DNA from: Candidatus Latescibacterota bacterium
Lineage (GTDB): Bacteria > Latescibacterota > UBA2968
Direction: 5' to 3'
Assembly (NCBI GenBank): GCA_047619225.1
Contig: JBLHJX010000004.1
Coordinates: 1,050-65,049 of the forward strand
DNA length: 64,000 bases
Below, in pieces: positions 58,330-64,000 of the stretch. The translations under genes and the position numbers were made by a program. The first letter of the stretch is position 1; each line of letters opens with the position of its first letter. The notes below the pieces were generated by a model. It ran no database searches, was not told the DNA's origin, and was given only the letters and a program-made list of their open reading frames with translations.

Positions 58330-58647
58330 ATGATGACAGCAAAAGAAGGCTATATGGCGGGTTTGGGGAAACTTGGTTCGGGAGACTTGGATGGCGCAAT
58401 TGCCAATTTTCAACAGGCTTTGGATGTAGACGCCTCTTTTTTTATGGCAAATTTGGGGTGGGCACAGGCGTTGGATCGGAAGGGCAACGTCGATGAAGCC
58501 ATTGGACAGGTCAAGCAAGCGATTGTGTTGGCGCCGGAAGAAGCGTTGGCACACACAAGCTTGTCGCGGTTATATCAACAAAAAGGAATGATTCCTGAGG
58601 CTGAAGAAGAAATGGCCATTTCCCAGCGGCTTTCGGCTCACGGTTGA
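58330..58647 (+). CDS. Small TPR protein
   Basis: TPR pattern; LAHTSLSRLYQQKGMIPEAEEE. Confidence 0.75.
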   Translation: MMTAKEGYMAGLGKLGSGDLDGAIANFQQALDVDASFFMANLGWAQALDRKGNVDEAIGQVKQAIVLAPEEALAHTSLSRLYQQKGMIPEAEEEMAISQRLSAHG

Positions 58648-58682
58648 TTTTTAAAAAAAGGAATAAAGATGGAAGCGTGGGT

Positions 58683-59681
58683 TTATATCTGCGCTTCTTT
58701 TTTTTGTGTCCATAACAGACGGAACAAAGCAGGACCTCCAAAAATAAAAAAGGACACAAATGCGGCGCCGTGCACAACCGTGGCAAATGCCAGGGCTTGG
58801 ATCTCTGGAATGCCATAAAATAGATACAGCGTTTTGGAGCAAAAGAAATGGTAGGTGCCTGTGCCACCAGGTGTCGGAATAACAACACCAACACTTGCCA
58901 ATACCATAACCACCAAGGCGTCGAACAACGTGAGATTATATTGCTCGATGAAACCAAAGCTATAAAACGGCAAATAAATGGACAGAACGTAACACAGGTT
59001 GGTGAGTAGAGTTGATACAAAGATACCCACATACCCTTCAAGGGATTTTACACCCGCCATACCCTGTAAAAAAGCGTGTAACAGTTTTGATACTTTTGGT
59101 GCAGCGGTAGGAGATATCCGGCTTGTTAGTTGTTCGAGTTTTTTGATGCCATGGTCACCATAAATTGAAAGCACGATAAGCATGGTGAATGCAACGAGCA
59201 GTCCTATCAATGTCAATATCCCAATACTTTCAAGGCCCGGGAATGCGTGGGCTATTTTATCACGGGTATAGACCAGAACGACCGCAAAAAATATGAGTAA
59301 GGTGAGCATGTCGAGTAAGCGTTCTACAATGACCGATGCGACTACTGAGCCGACGGGCATTGGGTGCATGCGCGTGAGAGCGACCACTCGGGCGAATTCT
59401 CCGGCGCGAGGAAAGATATTGTTACCCGCATATGCAATAAGCACGGCTTTGAAAGCGGACGAAATCCGAATTTTTTTTGAAACAGAGGTCAGTAAAATTC
59501 GCCATCGCCAGGCACGCGGTAAGCACGATATGATGGTAAGGGCCGCCCCGCCAATAATACCGGCTGGAGCTGTGTTTTGGAATGTTTGGATCAGAGATTG
59601 CCAGTCTATATCATGGAATGTTATCCACAAAAATACACCTGTTAAGATGAGGCTAAAAGCGGCTTTGAGAGCGGTTTTCAT
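58683..59681 (-). CDS. Lysylphosphatidylglycerol-synthase TM-domain / flippase-like protein
   Basis: RAWRW, NNIFPRAGEFAR, VERLLD, PTPGGTGTYH. Confidence 0.85.
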   Translation of the reverse strand: MKTALKAAFSLILTGVFLWITFHDIDWQSLIQTFQNTAPAGIIGGAALTIISCLPRAWRWRILLTSVSKKIRISSAFKAVLIAYAGNNIFPRAGEFARVVALTRMHPMPVGSVVASVIVERLLDMLTLLIFFAVVLVYTRDKIAHAFPGLESIGILTLIGLLVAFTMLIVLSIYGDHGIKKLEQLTSRISPTAAPKVSKLLHAFLQGMAGVKSLEGYVGIFVSTLLTNLCYVLSIYLPFYSFGFIEQYNLTLFDALVVMVLASVGVVIPTPGGTGTYHFFCSKTLYLFYGIPEIQALAFATVVHGAAFVSFFIFGGPALFRLLWTQKKEAQI

Positions 59682-59776
59682 TAATAAATAGGTGGCCAAT
59701 TTTAAAGTGGTAAATTTTTTTTTTAACACACAGAAATCCTCAAGTGGTTTCTGTGTGTTATGAGTTGATATGCTCT

Positions 59777-60676
59777 TTAGATGTCATATCCAAAGTCGCG
59801 CAGCGCACCATCTTTTTTGCGCCAGTTTTCATACACTTTTACATGCAGGTCTAAGAAGACTGATCGATTTAAGAACACTTCAATTTTTTTGCGGGCGTTC
59901 AGACCAATTGTTTTTAGCGTGCGACCACCTTTGCCAATAACGATGCCCTTTTGTGAATTGCGTTCGACGATGATGTTGGCCTGAATGTAAACTTTGGGGC
60001 GATCTTCGTGGAACACTTCGACAACAACCGCAATTGAATAGGGTAGTTCTTGGTGTAAATGATGGAAGACTTCTTCGCGGATATATTCGGCAACAAAAAA
60101 ACGTTCAGGTTGCTCTGTCAACATATCTGTTGGATAAAATTGAGGGCCATTCGGCAAAGCATTGACGAGCGCATTGTGCAATTCTGGAAGGTTTGTTTTT
60201 GTTGTGGCCGATACATGGATGATTTGGTGTACCTCTATGGATTCTAGAATACGCTGGTGGAATGTATGTAACTGTTCTTTTGTACACAGATCCATTTTGT
60301 TAAGGGCGATGATGCGAGGTTTGTCAAAAGTTGTGAAGGCTTCCTGGACTTCCTGGTCAAAAGTGAGTTCAAATTGAGAGGCATCTACAAGCCCTAAGAG
60401 CACATCGGCACCTTCAAGAGCTTGTCGGATTTGTTTGCTCATAAACGCATGCAGTCGATATTGTTCCTCTAAGAATCCAGGAGTATCTAAGAAGAGCATT
60501 TGTGCATGTTCATCGGTTAGGATGCCCAGTATGTTATTCCGGGTTGTTTGCGGTTTGGGTGAAATGATTGACAATCGTTCACCGAGTAAAGCGTTGAACA
60601 GTGTCGATTTTCCAACGTTTGGCCGACCCGCTATAGCGATGTGTCCAGATTTAAAGCTTAGATTTGGCATGGTCAC
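59777..60676 (-). CDS. era: GTPase Era
   Basis: GRPNVGKS, QTTR, DTPG, NKMD, KH domain VIGKGG. Confidence 0.96.
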   Translation of the reverse strand: MTMPNLSFKSGHIAIAGRPNVGKSTLFNALLGERLSIISPKPQTTRNNILGILTDEHAQMLFLDTPGFLEEQYRLHAFMSKQIRQALEGADVLLGLVDASQFELTFDQEVQEAFTTFDKPRIIALNKMDLCTKEQLHTFHQRILESIEVHQIIHVSATTKTNLPELHNALVNALPNGPQFYPTDMLTEQPERFFVAEYIREEVFHHLHQELPYSIAVVVEVFHEDRPKVYIQANIIVERNSQKGIVIGKGGRTLKTIGLNARKKIEVFLNRSVFLDLHVKVYENWRKKDGALRDFGYDI

Positions 60677-60681
60677 TGACT

Positions 60682-61617
60682 TTAGAAGTAGATTGAGGTA
60701 GAGACACGGTATGTGTTATCAAGTTGATTGTTTTCGAGAAAGGCCAAATCTATGGCAGCTCGAGTCACTTTAATTCCTGCACCAGCAGTGATGCGGCTGC
60801 CTTGGCGTCCAAGGCGTAGCATGAGGCGTTGTTTGAATTGGTATTCTAAGCCCATGTCCAACTTTTGGCTGTTTTCAATGCCAGAGGTATCATTTCCAAG
60901 ATGAACGCTGAGGCTACCCAGTAGACGATTTGTTTCTGAGAAAGTGTGTACATAGCTTGTTCCCATAAGCAAACTGGGTGAGATGGCGTCTGAATTTCCC
61001 GCGTCGAAGTGGATTTTCGTTTGCGTTATGTCCCGAACAATAAGCCCGAATTTTAGAAGGGGCCACGGTTGATATAGAAGCCCTATATCTATTCCAAAAC
61101 CAGAGCCTGTTCCAATATTAAGATTTCTGTGAATGAATTTGATCGTGGTGCCAAGTGTGAGTAAGGGTCGAACTCGGTGTGCGTAGGCCATATACAGTGC
61201 ATTGTCGATTGTGCCTATTGTTTGGGATATGATCGGGCGGTTGTCTGGGCCTAACAGACGGTTTGGGTTTTCAAGTTCTGTCAGAGAGATATTATCGACA
61301 CCTAACCGTATAAGGCCAAGGCCAAGGCCCCCATTGCGCACTGGCAAACCGACGGCAATGACATCATGACTAACACTGCCTCCAAATTGTTCTGTGTGTT
61401 GTACGTGAAGTTCTCGTTTTTTATGCGTTCCAAATCCAGCAGGGTTCCAATAAAATGCCGTAGCATCATCGCTGATGGCAACAAATGAACCGCCTATTCC
61501 CAGGGCACGTGCGCCTGCCCCCAATTGTAAGGGATCGCCAGCATACTGCGTATTCTGTGCCCAAACAACAGAACAAATGGGTGTCAGGCAGATTGCAATG
61601 AAAACAAGATATTTCAC
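60682..61617 (-). CDS. PorV/PorQ-family outer-membrane beta-barrel
   Basis: GARALGIGG...DDATAFYWNPAG; terminal Phe. Confidence 0.8.
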   Translation of the reverse strand: MKYLVFIAICLTPICSVVWAQNTQYAGDPLQLGAGARALGIGGSFVAISDDATAFYWNPAGFGTHKKRELHVQHTEQFGGSVSHDVIAVGLPVRNGGLGLGLIRLGVDNISLTELENPNRLLGPDNRPIISQTIGTIDNALYMAYAHRVRPLLTLGTTIKFIHRNLNIGTGSGFGIDIGLLYQPWPLLKFGLIVRDITQTKIHFDAGNSDAISPSLLMGTSYVHTFSETNRLLGSLSVHLGNDTSGIENSQKLDMGLEYQFKQRLMLRLGRQGSRITAGAGIKVTRAAIDLAFLENNQLDNTYRVSTSIYF

Positions 61618-62154
61618 CTAATGGATCTCGCCATAGGGCACCATCTGAGGGATTAGAATGGCTTTACTTGACGGTACGAGTGCCGACGCAAGCGCTTTTA
61701 TGTCTGGATTGCTCAATCGTATTCCAGGAATATGGTTGGAGGTAGGTAAGTCAGTGGATTGAACTAAGAACGTGGGCGCAAAATATAACCGAGAACGGTG
61801 CTTAGGGCCGGTGGTGAGTCTTCCAGAAAAGTCTAGTGGCAAAGGGCGTCTGCGAGATATTACGCTTGGTTCGGAGGTTTGGGGCGTAATAAGTTTGTTT
61901 AAGATGAGTTCCTGTGTTTGCGTGTGTTTTATGCCAAAGGACCCGAGTATTGTGCAGGTGCGCAGTAAATTGGCATCGGCTTTGAGATGCACTTCTTTGG
62001 CGGTAAAATCGATGATAAGGTAATAGGTTGCTGGTGCTTGTTGTACAAGGTTCAATTCAAGTTGGAGTGCTTCTTTTTTATTTTGTAAAAGGTTGGTTTC
62101 TGCATGAATTGGGCTGAGGAGGAGAAATAAGAAGCAAATAAGCTTGAATGCCAT
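61618..62154 (-). CDS. Secreted degenerate L,D-transpeptidase-like protein
   Basis: YLIID...VHL N-terminal strand and GIRLSNPD; catalytic His/Cys absent. Confidence 0.5.
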   Translation of the reverse strand: MAFKLICFLFLLLSPIHAETNLLQNKKEALQLELNLVQQAPATYYLIIDFTAKEVHLKADANLLRTCTILGSFGIKHTQTQELILNKLITPQTSEPSVISRRRPLPLDFSGRLTTGPKHRSRLYFAPTFLVQSTDLPTSNHIPGIRLSNPDIKALASALVPSSKAILIPQMVPYGEIH

Positions 62155-62161
62155 GTGTCAC

Positions 62162-62734
62162 TCAATAGATGTAAACTCGGTTGCCGGTGTCAATGAGTTG
62201 ATAGGTGCGGGCAAGGTCTTCGTCATTTAGCCGAATGCAGCCATGTGTAATGTTTCTGCCCAAAAGTGTTGGGTAGAGCGTCCCATGAATTTCATACCCA
62301 TCACCCAACTCAAGTGCGTAAGCTCCCAATGTGGTTGGGTCGAGTCTTCGAAACTCCCATGGAAGTATTGGGATTGTATCGTCGTTTTCAACAAATGCCC
62401 ATATCGGTTTTGCCCAAATTGGGTCGGTCACTTTGCGCTTTACACGCCACAACCCGACAGGGGTGGTAAATTGCCATAGGTCTTGTTTTTTTGGGTGCAG
62501 AAGCACTTTACTACTGCCTGTGGCGCAAGTAGCCTGGTGAACGATCCGTCCGTTTTGCCATATTTGCAATCGATTGTGCTGCGTGTCGATAACAACATAG
62601 GCGTTTTGTTCGCTGTGCTGAGTAAGTGCTTTTTCAAGTTGAGCAATATCTGTTTCTATCTGTGCTTGCGGTGTGTTGCCTGCGGCAATGTGTTGCTGCC
62701 CGCAAAAAAGTAAGAACAGATATATTACTATCAT
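62162..62734 (-). CDS. L,D-transpeptidase (YkuD)
   Basis: TPVG, IHGT...THGCIRL. Confidence 0.9.
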   Translation of the reverse strand: MIVIYLFLLFCGQQHIAAGNTPQAQIETDIAQLEKALTQHSEQNAYVVIDTQHNRLQIWQNGRIVHQATCATGSSKVLLHPKKQDLWQFTTPVGLWRVKRKVTDPIWAKPIWAFVENDDTIPILPWEFRRLDPTTLGAYALELGDGYEIHGTLYPTLLGRNITHGCIRLNDEDLARTYQLIDTGNRVYIY

Positions 62735-62754
62735 TGTGAATGGCCTAAAATTGG

Positions 62755-62785
62755 AAAACCGAGAAGAGTGTGTCTTCTCGGTTTT
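62755..62785 (-). terminator. Hairpin / terminator
   Basis: AAAACCGAGAAGA / TCTTCTCGGTTTT. Confidence 0.6.
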
Positions 62786-62814
62786 CTGTTGTTTTATAAA
62801 TGTTCCTGAAATGC

Positions 62815-63420
62815 TTAGAGGCGGTTAAACCAAGGTTTGTTCTGCTCTTTCCAGGCCTCGATTTTTTGATTGGCTGTTTGCACGGAGGCCGGGATTTGAG
62901 ACATTTTGCTTTCAGCACTGCCAGCTTGAGCCAATGCATCTTTGTACTTGCCACCATTCAAGCTGCTGCGGGCAGTACTGAGGTTGGCTTCAGCTTGGCC
63001 CAAATCTGCGTTGAGCTGATCTAAATCTTCATCGGCACCTTTACCTCGAGGTGCCGTGGCCAATGAGGTCTGTGCATCAGAAAGACCTGAAGCGACCCGA
63101 TTGATAATGGCTTGAGCTTCGTCGCGTGTTTGTCGTTTGTTTGTATCTGCTTCAGATTTTGCACGATCTGCAAATTCTTTGGCTTGAACTGCTGATGTCT
63201 TTGCTCCCTCATAGTCCTTTTGCTCGACTTTGGCATTGGCATCGTTCATTGCATTTGTTGCTGAACGATACGTGTCGGGGGCATAAATCTCAGCTTCTGC
63301 TGCTTTGGCAGCTTCCAAGGCTGATTTGGCAGCGTCTAGTTCTTGTGTTGGGGGCTTGGCACAACCTGCAACAACAAGAGTTAATCCTAGAATAAGGCAA
63401 AAGTTCAGGGCTGATCGCAT
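62815..63420 (-). CDS. Ala-rich helical lipoprotein (DUF4398-like)
   Basis: Lipobox VAGC-AKPP; A...YAP motif; AAGGAG RBS. Confidence 0.75.
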   Translation of the reverse strand: MRSALNFCLILGLTLVVAGCAKPPTQELDAAKSALEAAKAAEAEIYAPDTYRSATNAMNDANAKVEQKDYEGAKTSAVQAKEFADRAKSEADTNKRQTRDEAQAIINRVASGLSDAQTSLATAPRGKGADEDLDQLNADLGQAEANLSTARSSLNGGKYKDALAQAGSAESKMSQIPASVQTANQKIEAWKEQNKPWFNRL

Positions 63421-63584
63421 CCTCTGCTCCTTCTGATTGGGCGTCCTAAAAGGTCGCATTGGTTGTTGTTTTTATTTTGTTTACCTAGCGAATGCCAAAA
63501 GATACAACACTGTAATGGCATTGTCAACAGCATTTTTGTGGCAAATACTTGATCTTGCTGTGTGTTAGCTACAAAATAGAAACC

Positions 63585-64000
63585 CTATTCTTCAGCAGAG
63601 ATAAGGCTACCATCGCGTAGGGAAAAGAATTGGGCTTTGGAATCATACCCGACTAGCTTGCCGCTATATACCACAATTTGACCTGTGCGAATATCCGAGA
63701 TTTGGTCACGGTTAACATTTCGAAACCGGACCTGCACGCCCGCTGCGGGTATAGGGGATGGCTGTTGTAGGGTAATGAAAAGTTCGTCTCCTTCACCTTT
63801 ATTTATATAGGTTAGCTTGCCTTTCCACGTAACACGTTTGCCCTGGTATTTGGTGAAAATTTCTGTTTGCAAATTTTCAGGTAAAGGAGTTGCGGGACCA
63901 AATAGCGCGTTGAGTTCTACAAATGAGACGTTGGTTTCCAATCGCGCGGTTTGGGCTGGGGTGCTGTAATTTTTTTTCCAAGTATAGGTATAAAATAAAA
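63585..64000 (-). CDS. OB-fold protein, probably 5-prime truncated by the window edge
   Basis: KYQGKRVTWKG...GQIVVYSGKL; frame appears open to the window end. Confidence 0.55.
   Translation of the reverse strand, partial: LFYTYTWKKNYSTPAQTARLETNVSFVELNALFGPATPLPENLQTEIFTKYQGKRVTWKGKLTYINKGEGDELFITLQQPSPIPAAGVQVRFRNVNRDQISDIRTGQIVVYSGKLVGYDSKAQFFSLRDGSLISAEE

Overview
Bacterial chromosomal window with about 55 genes. No rRNA, tRNA, CRISPR array, transposase or phage structural gene was recognised. A dockerin-like DFDGD-repeat surface protein, a PorV-family gene, a peptidase-MA/PD40/BamA-like protein and many Gfo/Idh/MocA and sugar-isomerase genes suggest an FCB-group organism such as Candidatus Latescibacterota (inference). 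Most genes are housekeeping or metabolic (prs, hisI, mraY, nadA, accD, aroQ, sucD, rpiA, era, ppk2). The outstanding feature is 30584..33700, a single 1038-aa ORF that is a miniaturised fusion of RNA polymerase beta and beta-prime. It keeps the catalytic DFDGD motif, the beta active-site residues and the sigma-binding clamp helices. It lacks the flap, most of the lobe, the Zn-binding domain, the rim helices, the jaw and the trigger loop. It lies directly behind an ECF sigma gene with no anti-sigma, and near a DksA/TraR-finger gene. Other notable items: (1) an unannotated His leader peptide and attenuator controlling an eroded his locus (PhzF remnant, hisI, stand-alone HisG regulatory domain, then prs); (2) three sigma54 promoters, one inside a self-contained module of sensorless activator, enhancer sites, lipoprotein, TPR protein and kinase; (3) a putative lipid headgroup synthesis and export operon; (4) dispersed REP-like and heptamer repeats. 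All alignments were made by eye against remembered sequences; no searches were run.
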